Positions 19,215 through 29,053 of a stretch of 64,000 bases of DNA are shown here, piece after piece. This stretch comes from Phormidium sp. Its GTDB lineage: Bacteria; Cyanobacteriota; Cyanobacteriia; Cyanobacteriales; Aerosakkonemataceae. The stretch covers positions 1,344,001-1,408,000 of the forward strand of contig CP143273.1 in assembly GCA_051013385.1 (NCBI GenBank). The letters run 5' to 3'. The notes below the pieces were generated by a model. It did not search any database. It saw only the letters and a list, made by a program, of their open reading frames with translations, and was not told where the DNA came from. Within the stretch, counting starts at the first letter, position 1. The number at the start of each line of letters is the position of its first letter. The translations under genes and the position numbers were made by a program.

Positions 19215-19438
19215 GGCTAATTCATGAATTACCCCTACGCTGTAACGCAGGGCTAATTCATGTTCGGAGGAGAAATTGATTTGTGTAGGAGAGAGGATGC
19301 AAATAAAGGAAAAATCATCTGGCTTCTCTTTCTCCCAAGAGTCCCAAGAGTCCCAAGAGTCCCAAGAGTCCCCCCATCTGTTTAATTTTCTTTGATGACA
19401 ATGAATTACCCATACGCTGTAACGGGGGAGTATGTCAA
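19193..19438. repeat. Composite palindromic dispersed repeat ending in GGGGAGTATGTCAA, with 4x CCCAAGAGT tandem inside
   Basis: Hairpin 19202-19247; partial copies at 19248 and 19400-19425; tandem 19334-19369; same left part GAATGCCCCCGTTACAGC near 39145. Confidence 0.65.
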
Positions 19439-19694
19439 TAGCAGCCGTCCCGATCTGCGATCCCCAACTGCCGAAAATTTGTGACTTAAATCACAAATCC
19501 TAAAGTTTTGTCTCACTGCTAAAAATCAGGAAATATATTTTTCTATAGTTATAGTTAGTATTGATCGTGATCCCCATCAAGGAGAAAATCTTCTTTAAGT
19601 TATCATTTGTATGAATGGTAACTTGCTCTTAAAGTAAAGTACGTCATAAAAAAATCTGTTTTTACGTAATCCATATAGATTTAGGAAGGCGAAA

Positions 19695-20765
19695 GTGGCC
19701 GTGAGTCCTCGTTTTGATCTAGCTGTTGATTCATTCGGTGCAGCCAGTGTTCTAGACACCACATCCTCAAAGGGAAATGGCTTCAATTTAGATCAGCCAA
19801 AAGTCCTGGTTGTTGACGATCATGCTGCTAGCCGGATGACAGCAGCAGCCCTTCTCGCAGTAGAAGGCTACGAAGTATTGGAAGCAGAAAATGGCCCAGC
19901 AGCATTAATTACAGTGGTGGAACGACAACCCGATGTAATTTTGCTGGATGTGATGATGCCAGGAATGGATGGGTTTGAGGTTTGTCATAAGTTAAAGCAA
20001 GACGAACAAACTCGACTAGTACCAGTTATTTTTATTACCGCACTTAACGATCGCCGATCGCGCATTCGAGGAATAGAAGCCGGAGGAGACGACTTTCTCA
20101 CCAAGCCATTCGATCGCCTAGAACTAGCAGCCCGTGTCAAATCACTAGTACGTCAAAAACGCTTAAACGAAGACTTAGACCACGCCGAACAAGTAGTATT
20201 TTCGATCGCTAGAGCCATTGAAAGTCGCGACCCCAACACAGGCGACCACTGCGAAAGACTAGCCGCAATGGGCAAAGCTTTCGGTACTTTCCTGGGACTT
20301 TCTCGTTCCGAAATTCGCGACTTAATGTGGGGCGGATATCTCCACGATATCGGCAAAGTCGGCATTCCCGATGCCGTATTACTCAAAAAAGGTCAATTCA
20401 CCGAAGAAGAACGGCTAATCATGAATCAGCACGTTCTGATTGGCGAAAAAATTTGCCAACCCCTGCGAACCATGCACGGCGTTCTTCCCATTATCCGCCA
20501 TCACCACGAACGCTGGGACGGCAGCGGCTACCCAGACAAATTATCTGGAAATCAAATTCCCTACCTAGCACAGGTGTTTCAAATCATCGATATCTACGAT
20601 GCCTTGACTAGCGAACGACCTTATAAAAAAGCATTTTCGATCGAAGAAGCCCTAAACATTATTAACCAAGAAACAGCTAAAGGTTGGCGGAATCCCCAGT
20701 TAGTCGAGCAATTTATCGACTTTATTAGTTACAGACAACTGAAAAAAACCTCATCCCCAGATTGA
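19695..20765 (+). CDS. REC-HD-GYP c-di-GMP phosphodiesterase response regulator
   Basis: LLDVMMP receiver; LHDIGK; HHERWDGSGYP; GTG start uncertain. Confidence 0.93.
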   Translation: MAVSPRFDLAVDSFGAASVLDTTSSKGNGFNLDQPKVLVVDDHAASRMTAAALLAVEGYEVLEAENGPAALITVVERQPDVILLDVMMPGMDGFEVCHKLKQDEQTRLVPVIFITALNDRRSRIRGIEAGGDDFLTKPFDRLELAARVKSLVRQKRLNEDLDHAEQVVFSIARAIESRDPNTGDHCERLAAMGKAFGTFLGLSRSEIRDLMWGGYLHDIGKVGIPDAVLLKKGQFTEEERLIMNQHVLIGEKICQPLRTMHGVLPIIRHHHERWDGSGYPDKLSGNQIPYLAQVFQIIDIYDALTSERPYKKAFSIEEALNIINQETAKGWRNPQLVEQFIDFISYRQLKKTSSPD

Positions 20766-20898
20766 CGCTCCCCATCCTACTGTGTTGAGGGTGGGGATAC
20801 AAGGCGGATTTCCGATAAAAATTCCTTGAGTAATTCAATATACATACTGGGTACGAAGCAAGGTATACTGCGGTATTTGTAGACTCTGTGTTCAAAAA

Positions 20899-22257
20899 AT
20901 GGTAGCAGTAGCAATCTTAGCGGCGGGACGTGGAACGCGGATGAAATCCCAACTACCCAAAGTATTACATCCCTTGGGTGGACGTTCCCTCGTAGAAAGA
21001 GTAATAGAAAGTTGTCTAGAAATTAACCCGAGCAGGCGCATCGTCATTATTGGTTATGAAGGAGAGAAAGTCAGAACCGCTCTCAACAATATACCAGATT
21101 TAGAATTTGTCGAACAAACAGAACAACTGGGAACAGGACACGCGATTCAACAATTATTACCTCATTTAGAGGGTTTCACTAAGGATTTATTAGTTTTAAA
21201 TGGCGATGTACCTTTATTGCGCCCCCAAACAATTAAACATTTAATCGAAGTTCACAAAGAAAATAAAAATTCCGCCACTTTGTTGACTGCACATTTACCA
21301 AATCCCAAAGGATATGGGCGCGTATTTTGCAACGGTCAAAACATCATTCAACAAATTGTGGAAGACCGAGATTGTACCGCAGCACAAAAGCAAAATAATC
21401 GAATTAATGCCGGAGTTTACTGTTTCCATTGGCCTGATTTAGCCAAGATATTACCAGATTTAAAAGCTGACAACAACCAAAAGGAATATTATTTAACTGA
21501 TGCCGTAAATGCACTAATGCCAGTTATGGCAGTTGATGTGGAAGATTATGAGGAAATTATCGGCATTAACGATCGCAAACAGCTAGCGGTAGTTCATCAA
21601 ATTTTGCAAGACAGAGTTAAAGATCATTGGATGACTGCTGGTGTAACTTTAATAGATCCCGATAGCACAACCATTGACGACACCGTAGAATTACAACCCG
21701 ACGTAATAATTGAACCCCAAACACATTTAAGGGGTAAAACTGTTATAGGAAAGGGTAGTAGAATTGGCCCTGGTTGTTTAATTGAAAATAGTCAAATTGG
21801 CGAAAATGTCACTGCACTTTATTCAGTAATTTCTGGTAGTGTAGTCCAATCAGGCACCACAATTGGCCCTTATACTCATTTACGCGGTAATGTAACTGTC
21901 GGGGAAAATTGCCGACTGGGGAACTTTGTGGAATTAAAAAATACCAAGTTGGGAAATAAGACTAATGTTGCTCATTTGTCTTATTTGGGAGATGCGACAT
22001 TAGGCGAAAAAGTGAATATTGGTGCCGGAACAATTACCGCTAATTATGATGGAGTGAAAAAACATAAAACTGTAATTGGCGATCGCACAAAAACAGGTTC
22101 CAATAGCGTATTAGTCGCCCCCATAACTGTAGGTTCCGATGTGACAATTGCCGCAGGTTCCACCGTCACCGAAAACGTCCCTGATGATAGTTTAGTAGTA
22201 GCTCGTTCTCGGCAAGTAGTCAAACCAGGTTGGCGGTTAAAAAGCGATACGCGCTAA
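20899..22257 (+). CDS. glmU: Bifunctional UDP-N-acetylglucosamine pyrophosphorylase / glucosamine-1-phosphate N-acetyltransferase
   Basis: [30 protein letters not shown], hexapeptide repeats, [12 protein letters not shown]. Confidence 0.97.
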   Translation: MVAVAILAAGRGTRMKSQLPKVLHPLGGRSLVERVIESCLEINPSRRIVIIGYEGEKVRTALNNIPDLEFVEQTEQLGTGHAIQQLLPHLEGFTKDLLVLNGDVPLLRPQTIKHLIEVHKENKNSATLLTAHLPNPKGYGRVFCNGQNIIQQIVEDRDCTAAQKQNNRINAGVYCFHWPDLAKILPDLKADNNQKEYYLTDAVNALMPVMAVDVEDYEEIIGINDRKQLAVVHQILQDRVKDHWMTAGVTLIDPDSTTIDDTVELQPDVIIEPQTHLRGKTVIGKGSRIGPGCLIENSQIGENVTALYSVISGSVVQSGTTIGPYTHLRGNVTVGENCRLGNFVELKNTKLGNKTNVAHLSYLGDATLGEKVNIGAGTITANYDGVKKHKTVIGDRTKTGSNSVLVAPITVGSDVTIAAGSTVTENVPDDSLVVARSRQVVKPGWRLKSDTR

Positions 22258-22355
22258 CGCGCACGCTACGCGAACGAGACAGTCAGAAAAGTTAGAAACT
22301 TGGTCATTGGTCATTGGTCATTTGTAAAATTTCAGCCTTCAAAGATTGAACGACT

Positions 22356-22398
22356 CGCTATCCTTCCCCACCTTCCTAAAAGGTGGGGAAGGATAGCG
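22356..22398. terminator. Long perfect hairpin between convergent glmU and fhuB (possible bidirectional terminator or dispersed repeat)
   Basis: CGCTATCCTTCCCCACCTT / AAGGTGGGGAAGGATAGCG; no clear U tract. Confidence 0.5.
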
Positions 22399-22537
22399 GT
22401 AATTTTTAGTGGTTCGTTCGCGTAGCGTGCGCGTAGCGCATTGCCACTAAAAATTACAAATTCCAGTGTACAATCTTTAAAGCGAGGCACATTAGATCTG
22501 AGTCAACCTAAGTACGGAAGAGCCAAAACATATATGT

Positions 22538-24541
22538 TCATCTGCGTTTAAAAATGAAACCTTGAGGTAGTAATAACCAAAGAAAATAGGGTGTTCCAAT
22601 AATAGCTGTAACTAAACCGGAAGGTATTTCTTTAGGAGCAAGAATCACTCGACCAATAGTATCTGCTAAAGTAACTAAAATTGCGCCTAAAAGTGCAGTA
22701 ATGGGAACTAATTGACGGTGATGATAACCAATTAATAAACGGGCGGTGTGTGGTGCAATTAAGCCAACAAAACTGACTGTACCAACGGTTGAAACAGCAG
22801 CGGCAGCTAGGGCGACTGCGATCGCAATTGCCACACCTCGCGTTTTCTGCAAAGATAAACCTAAACTGCGCGGTAAATCTTCACCCAACGCCATTAAATC
22901 TAACCAACGCGCCACTATTGCGGCTAAAGGTAACAAAATTAAGGGAAAAATTATCAATCTCCCCAATTCTTCCCAAGAACGGGCGTAAGTACTTCCTGAT
23001 AACCAAACTAAAGCTTGGGCAACTCGCAGTTTAGAAAACACGACTAAAATGTTAATCCCGGCAGCACAAAAAGCCGACATAGCCACGCCTATAAGAGCCA
23101 AGCGAGTCGGAGAAATGCCATTTTGCCACGCAAAGAGGTAAACTGTTCCAAACGCTGCAATAGCACCGCCAAATGCCGCTAGGGGAATCATTTCTACAGG
23201 GGCTTCGGGGAAAATTACTAACATTAATAATGCCCCTAAACCTGCACCAGAAGTAATACCAACAATTTCGGGGCCTGCTAAAGAATTTCGCACCACACCT
23301 TGCAAGAGTAAACCGCTAACTCCCAAAGATGCACCAGCGAACATTCCTACTAATAACCGAGGTAAACGTAATTGCCAAATTACCCTTTGAGAAAGTGCAT
23401 TTCCTCCACCTACTAAAGTATTAATAATTTCCCCAAAGTTAAGCGAAAGATTTCCCGATGATAAACCGATAAATAAAAAGACGCACAAAACGATACTTAA
23501 ACCAGCAAGTAGTAGAGGAAAAGGGAGAAAACGAGAAGGGTGAGAAAACTGATTTGATGGGCGACTTTTGCTAGTTTGTTGACTGGAACGAGCTAAAATA
23601 ATTAAAAATGGTGCGCCAATTAAAGCGGTAATGCTACCAGTGGGAAGTTCGCTGAGATTAGTTGTTAAAGTTTGGGCGACAATATCCGCACCTACTAATA
23701 TAATTGCACCCCAAATAGCAGAACCGGGAATTAGTAAAAAGTGACGACGATATCCTAACAAACGAACGAGATGAGGGGCGACTAAACCAATGAACCCAAT
23801 AGAACCGACAACGCTAACAGCAACAGCAGCGAGAAATACAGCGGTAAGAGTAGTTATTAAGCGAGTTTGTTGAACTTTTTGTCCTAGCGATCGCGCCACA
23901 TCTTCGCCAAGTAATAATATATCTAGAGCCTTGGCGATCCAAAGCGCAACAATTACCGCAAAAATAACTTTTGGCGCTGCATAAATATTACTATTCCAAT
24001 CAACTTGGGAAAGAGAACCTGCACCCCAAAAGAATAAACCAGTAGTTTCATTTTCAAATAATAGTTGTAAAGCAGCGGTAAAAGCAGAAAGGGCGAGAGA
24101 AACAGCGATACCAGATAAAGTGAGACGCAGGGGATTAATTTGGGTTGCACCTGCGATCGTATAAACTAAAATAGCTGTGACTAAACCGCCACTAAAAGCA
24201 ACTATAATCGGTGATAACTTTCCAGGTAAAATTATTGCACTAAGAGTAAGAGCAAAATAAGCCCCAGCATTAATTCCCAAAGTAGTAGGTGAAGCAAGAG
24301 AATTACGAGTAATTGTTTGTAATAAAGCGCCACTAACACCCAAAGCAGCACCCGAAATTACTGCTATTAAAGCACGAGGAAGACGCAGAAAGCGAATAAC
24401 TTCTGCTTCTGGAGTATCGCCAGAAAACAAACTAGAAACCACAGTAGAAAAATCAACTTCCGTTTGTCCTTGGCAAATATGCAAGAACAACAATAACACC
24501 AATAACAGTAAACTACCAACTAAAACAATTAACCTCTTCAT
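22538..24541 (-). CDS. fhuB: Fe3+-hydroxamate ABC transporter permease (fused double FecCD domains)
   Basis: Two RLPR...RN.LA.P and GED...SLG repeats; 667 aa; in siderophore cluster. Confidence 0.9.
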   Translation of the reverse strand: MKRLIVLVGSLLLLVLLLFLHICQGQTEVDFSTVVSSLFSGDTPEAEVIRFLRLPRALIAVISGAALGVSGALLQTITRNSLASPTTLGINAGAYFALTLSAIILPGKLSPIIVAFSGGLVTAILVYTIAGATQINPLRLTLSGIAVSLALSAFTAALQLLFENETTGLFFWGAGSLSQVDWNSNIYAAPKVIFAVIVALWIAKALDILLLGEDVARSLGQKVQQTRLITTLTAVFLAAVAVSVVGSIGFIGLVAPHLVRLLGYRRHFLLIPGSAIWGAIILVGADIVAQTLTTNLSELPTGSITALIGAPFLIILARSSQQTSKSRPSNQFSHPSRFLPFPLLLAGLSIVLCVFLFIGLSSGNLSLNFGEIINTLVGGGNALSQRVIWQLRLPRLLVGMFAGASLGVSGLLLQGVVRNSLAGPEIVGITSGAGLGALLMLVIFPEAPVEMIPLAAFGGAIAAFGTVYLFAWQNGISPTRLALIGVAMSAFCAAGINILVVFSKLRVAQALVWLSGSTYARSWEELGRLIIFPLILLPLAAIVARWLDLMALGEDLPRSLGLSLQKTRGVAIAIAVALAAAAVSTVGTVSFVGLIAPHTARLLIGYHHRQLVPITALLGAILVTLADTIGRVILAPKEIPSGLVTAIIGTPYFLWLLLPQGFIFKRR

Positions 24542-24610
24542 TTGTGTTTATCTGTGGTTAAAAAAAAGCCTTAACTGAGCTCTTGCACCAAGAGGCAGAG
24601 CCTCCATTCT

Positions 24611-24637
24611 TCGTTCCCAGGTTGAACCTGGGAACGA
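24611..24637. repeat. Palindromic dispersed repeat TCGTTCCCAGGTTGAACCTGGGAACGA
   Basis: Inverted repeat; two more copies at about 52378-52440, with a shared leader GCACCAAGAGGCAGAGCCTC. Confidence 0.8.
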
Positions 24638-24686
24638 GGAAAAAAAGTCTCGCATCGCCACCCAATTTTACAAAAACATCTGCGTT

Positions 24687-25589
24687 TTAAATTAAACCTT
24701 CAACAACCTTTTCCGCCAAAATTTTAGCAGATAATGGCCCACCAAAAACCCAAGTATCTTCTCCCAAAGAGTATAAACGATTGTCTTTAACAAACTCCAA
24801 CCTTTTCCAAACTGGATTACTAGCAAAACCTTGTTGAGGAACTTGATTATTTTCAGCAATATAAAGGAAGTGAGACTTTTCTACAGGAAGTAAACTTTCC
24901 AATCCTACAGTATTAAAACCAAAGCGATCGACCTTTCCCCCCCAAGCATTTTTTAACCCAATCTTTTCCAAAACTTGTATTGCTAAAGCATTTTGCGTAA
25001 ACAAACGAAGATCGGGAACAAATTGACCGAGAATAAAAGTATCTCCGGCTAAATTTGCTGACTTGATTTTTGTTGCTGATTCTGTTAAACTATTTTGCAG
25101 ATTTTTTAGTACAATTTCACCTTGATTAACTTGATTACAGGCTTGGGCAATTTGGCGAAAAGTTTGCTGCATTTCCTCAAATTGATTAGCTTTTCCTGGG
25201 TGAATATAGGGATTAAATAAAAGCGTTTTGCCTATAGAAGACAAGGTTTTTAAAATCGGTTGGTGGCGGAGTTCTAAACCGAGAATTAGATTAGGTTGTA
25301 ATTGTGCGATCGCTTCCAAACTAGGTTCTTGTCGGGTTCCCACATCTTGAACATTTGGCGCGAGTTGCGGCGCAATATTCACATATTTTTTATATCCCGC
25401 AATATCCGCCACACCGACAGGTTGAATACCTAATGCTAGCAAGTTTTCCACATAAGTCCACTCTAAAGCAACAACTCGCAAATCGTTAGTTTTAGCAACT
25501 TGATTAACTGAAGATTTTTGTTGAGAACAAGCAACAGTAAAAGCTGTTGCTGCTGCGGTAATAAGTAACTTCCTACGACTTAAATTCAT
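24687..25589 (-). CDS. fhuD: Iron-siderophore ABC transporter substrate-binding lipoprotein
   Basis: RVVALEW, GIQPVGVAD, DVGTRQEPSLE, FGGPLSA; SRRKLL...TVAC signal. Confidence 0.9.
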   Translation of the reverse strand: MNLSRRKLLITAAATAFTVACSQQKSSVNQVAKTNDLRVVALEWTYVENLLALGIQPVGVADIAGYKKYVNIAPQLAPNVQDVGTRQEPSLEAIAQLQPNLILGLELRHQPILKTLSSIGKTLLFNPYIHPGKANQFEEMQQTFRQIAQACNQVNQGEIVLKNLQNSLTESATKIKSANLAGDTFILGQFVPDLRLFTQNALAIQVLEKIGLKNAWGGKVDRFGFNTVGLESLLPVEKSHFLYIAENNQVPQQGFASNPVWKRLEFVKDNRLYSLGEDTWVFGGPLSAKILAEKVVEGLI

Positions 25590-25617
25590 AAAAACCTCTT
25601 CTTATTCCTTCGTGTCT

Positions 25618-25675
25618 TAGTACGTTGTTGCGCTTCAGCGCTAAAGAAAGGCGCTGAAGCGCAACAACATACCTA
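25618..25675. repeat. Palindromic dispersed repeat GTACGTTGTTGCGCTTCAGCGC...GCGCTGAAGCGCAACAAC
   Basis: Near-identical copy at about 57258-57312. Confidence 0.8.
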
Positions 25676-25748
25676 GAAAATTCTTGAAGTCTTGTAACAC
25701 TTGCGTAAGTCCTAAAAAAACGAAAATTACCTAGTCCCCATTACCGAT

Positions 25749-26522
25749 TTAAAACAAACAAATGGGTACGCCATTAACCGGATGAGAAATAATTGTCATT
25801 TCTACACCAAATACTTCTCGAACAATTTCTGGAGTCATGACTTCTGCTGGGGAACCAGAAGCGATTATTTGACCTTGTTTGAAGAAGATTAGGCGATCGC
25901 TATAACCAGCTGCTTGATTCAAATCATGCAAAACCCATCCTACGGTAATTCCTTCCTGACGATTCAAAGAACGCACCAAAGATAACACTTCTAATTGATG
26001 GCGAATATCTAAAAAAGTGGTAGGTTCATCTAATAATAATATCTGGGTTTTTTGCGCTAAAGCTAACGCAATCCACGCCCGTTGACGTTCTCCCCCAGAA
26101 AGTGTATCCACCGCCCTTTTTGCTAAAGGTTCTAACCCTGTAACTTCCAACGCCCAACGCATTGCTTCCAGATCAACTTTCGAGAAACTGCTAAATAATC
26201 CTTGATGGGGATAGCGTCCAAATCCAATTAATTCCCACACTGTTACACCTTCGGGAATATCAGGTGATTGGGGTAACATAGCGAGTTGTTTAGCGATTTC
26301 TCGCGTCGATAATTGGGCGATGTTGCGACTATTCAAGTAAACAATTCCTTGGGAAGGTGATAACAACCGGGCTAAAGTTCGTAAAACAGTGCTTTTTCCT
26401 GAACCATTTGGACCGATTAAAGCTGTTACCTTTCCCGGTGTTAAAGTGAAAGAAAGGTTAGGAACGATTACTCGATCGCCATAAGCTATCTTTAAATAGT
26501 GCGTTTCAATTTCCATTACCAA
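25749..26522 (-). CDS. fhuC: Iron-siderophore ABC transporter ATP-binding protein
   Basis: GPNGSGKST, LSGGERQR, LLLDEPT, HDLN. Confidence 0.93.
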   Translation of the reverse strand: MVMEIETHYLKIAYGDRVIVPNLSFTLTPGKVTALIGPNGSGKSTVLRTLARLLSPSQGIVYLNSRNIAQLSTREIAKQLAMLPQSPDIPEGVTVWELIGFGRYPHQGLFSSFSKVDLEAMRWALEVTGLEPLAKRAVDTLSGGERQRAWIALALAQKTQILLLDEPTTFLDIRHQLEVLSLVRSLNRQEGITVGWVLHDLNQAAGYSDRLIFFKQGQIIASGSPAEVMTPEIVREVFGVEMTIISHPVNGVPICLF

Positions 26523-28999
26523 GTAAAGCTGTATCTTACACTAATGGTTGTTCCTTGCGCCGCAGCGTTGCTAGAATTGATTCCTTGAATTTGGGAAACG
26601 ATGGGGAAATATTGGGTATTAAATAAATTTTGTACCCCAATAGTTAGCGTACCTGGCCCTACTTTAATAGTGCTAAGATAGTCAGCGGTAAAGTAGCTAT
26701 TTACCTCTTCTAAACCATAACCATCACCTTCAGGATTACGACCACCAGAATACAGGAATTGTAAACGATTACTCCAGCGAGAAGTTGTTTGGTGTTGCAC
26801 ATAAGCGGTAAGTTTTAGGGGAGGAATCCGAAAACCGTCAAGGTCAGTGTAATCGCCATCGTCGCCAATATCAATCCTTCCTTCTAACCAACTTAAAGTT
26901 CCGCCTAATGTTAAGCGATCGCTTAATTTAGTATCAATGGTTGCTTCAATCCCATAGACATATTCAGGAGCACGAATTACATTTAAGTCAGCATCAAAGG
27001 TAGAACCTAAATCTGATTGATTATAAAATCCAGATAATGATGCTTGAATGTTGCGCCATTGTCCGCGAACTCCTAATTCAAAATTGTTGACCTTTTGGGG
27101 TTCGGGGTTAATATCTCTGACAGATAAATCTGCGGAAGCACTTCGCAAAACTCGACCCACATCTGCGAGGGAAAAACCTTGGGAAAAGTTGAAAAATACG
27201 TTAACTTCAGGGATGACAAAGTAAACAATTCCGGCGTTGAACAGTAGTTCGTTATAGTCGAGATTTCCGCCTCTAATATTGTTACCGCTTAAGGTGGTAT
27301 AGTCATCAACATTTATCCCTGCGGTTTCGTAGCGAAGACCACCATTTAGGATGACGCGATCGTTAATATTCCAGTTAAATTGAGCAAATAATCCTAAACT
27401 ACTTAATTCGATCGGTGGTGCCCAAATTCGGTTTCCGCGCTTGCGATATCTTAACCCATTACTCGCATCGAATTCTGATTCATCAAAAGTAGAAACTGGT
27501 TGAACAGTATCTTCAAAAAAGTAATCCGCACCCCACAATAATCTAGCTGCACCTTGATTAAATAAAGGAGTATCAATTTGGACTCGTGCGCCAAATTTAT
27601 CCGATTCAATTCTAGATTGGATAATATCGTTACCAAACCCTGCAAAATCTCGCGCATCAAAGGGGAAAAAACGAGTGAAATAGTTACGATAATAAGCTTG
27701 AGCTTGTAATTTACTACCTAAAAGATCATCGTGACGATATTGTAAGTTAACTTGGGTATTTCTAGTAGCTTGTTGTTCATCTAAATCTAGTCCTCGTAAA
27801 GCACGAGCACGGCGACGATTGGGAAATTCATCTACACGAGGGTCACTAGTATAGTCGGTATTTTGGGTGTCTTGAAAGTAGTTAAAACTGAATTCCAAAC
27901 GTTGATTTTCACTCGGTCGCCAACCAACTTTTCCCAAAAAATTCATACTATTAGTATCAGCAAGTCCACCTTGTCCATTAGGGTCGGGAGGAATGCGATT
28001 TCCACCAGCATCAAAAAATCCCCCAATTCCCGAAAAGCTAGCAGAAACTAAGTAATCGATCGGTCCTTGATTCCCCGAAACTGATTGTTGAGCAAAATAA
28101 CCCAAACTATCAGAAAAATGACTTAAAGAAGCATTAGTTCCTACTTCAGTTCTCAGGGTTAATTGTTCTTTACTAGGTCGTCGAGTCGTAATATTAACGA
28201 TCCCACCAGTTGCGCCATCGCCGTAAATTGCGGAAGGTCCCCGCAACACTTCAATTCTTTCGATAACTGAAGGATCGATCGTTCTTAAATCCCGAAAAAC
28301 ATTGCGACTAGTAGACTGAGGAACGCCATCAATAATTACTAAAATATTGCGTCCGCGCAAAGATTGTCCGAAGTTACTAGCGCTTTGAGTTGAAGGCGCT
28401 AAACCAGGAACTAACTGACTTAATGTTGTCCCAAGATCGGGTGTAATTCGAGTTTGAGTTTCGAGTTGTTCCCGATTAATAACTGTTATGGAACGAGGAA
28501 CATTATTAATATTTTCTGCGGTACGAGTTGCAGTGACAACAAGTTCAATCTCTTCTGGTTCTAGACTGGTAACTGTACCAGGAGTAATGCTAAAAGCAAG
28601 TCCTTGAGGAGTTAATTCATATTCAGCTTTTGGCGGATTACTTTCCCCAACAATTGTTAAACGAACCGTATTAGAATCGAGAGTTGTCAGCGAAATCCTT
28701 TGAATACCTGGAACCGGATTAATTTGTTCAGGCGGTGTATTTTCCGGTAAATTAAGTTGAGCATTAGGAATATCAAAAATTAAACTTTGATTCTCAGTAA
28801 CAGGTCTAATATTAGGTAAAACTCCTGAACTAGTTTGTAAAATAGCTTCCACACCATTAGAAGTTCTATTAAACTCAATTCCCGTAATTTGCAGAACTTG
28901 AGCAAAAACCGATTGAACATTAACTAAAGAAACAACACTTCCCACAAAAACAGAACTAAAACCAGACCAAAAATTCACAATTGTTCTCCTCACACACAA
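26516..28999 (-). CDS. TonB-dependent siderophore receptor (IutA/SchT-like) with N-terminal AMIN-like domain
   Basis: VVTATRT, IERIEVLRGPSAIYG, beta-barrel with terminal aromatic residue (YSFTW); start uncertain. Confidence 0.92.
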   Translation of the reverse strand: MCVRRTIVNFWSGFSSVFVGSVVSLVNVQSVFAQVLQITGIEFNRTSNGVEAILQTSSGVLPNIRPVTENQSLIFDIPNAQLNLPENTPPEQINPVPGIQRISLTTLDSNTVRLTIVGESNPPKAEYELTPQGLAFSITPGTVTSLEPEEIELVVTATRTAENINNVPRSITVINREQLETQTRITPDLGTTLSQLVPGLAPSTQSASNFGQSLRGRNILVIIDGVPQSTSRNVFRDLRTIDPSVIERIEVLRGPSAIYGDGATGGIVNITTRRPSKEQLTLRTEVGTNASLSHFSDSLGYFAQQSVSGNQGPIDYLVSASFSGIGGFFDAGGNRIPPDPNGQGGLADTNSMNFLGKVGWRPSENQRLEFSFNYFQDTQNTDYTSDPRVDEFPNRRRARALRGLDLDEQQATRNTQVNLQYRHDDLLGSKLQAQAYYRNYFTRFFPFDARDFAGFGNDIIQSRIESDKFGARVQIDTPLFNQGAARLLWGADYFFEDTVQPVSTFDESEFDASNGLRYRKRGNRIWAPPIELSSLGLFAQFNWNINDRVILNGGLRYETAGINVDDYTTLSGNNIRGGNLDYNELLFNAGIVYFVIPEVNVFFNFSQGFSLADVGRVLRSASADLSVRDINPEPQKVNNFELGVRGQWRNIQASLSGFYNQSDLGSTFDADLNVIRAPEYVYGIEATIDTKLSDRLTLGGTLSWLEGRIDIGDDGDYTDLDGFRIPPLKLTAYVQHQTTSRWSNRLQFLYSGGRNPEGDGYGLEEVNSYFTADYLSTIKVGPGTLTIGVQNLFNTQYFPIVSQIQGINSSNAAAQGTTISVRYSFTW

Positions 29000-29053
29000 C
29001 GTAAAAAATCTTCTCTCTTCTCTTCCTCTGCGTCCTCTGCGTCTCTGCGGTTT

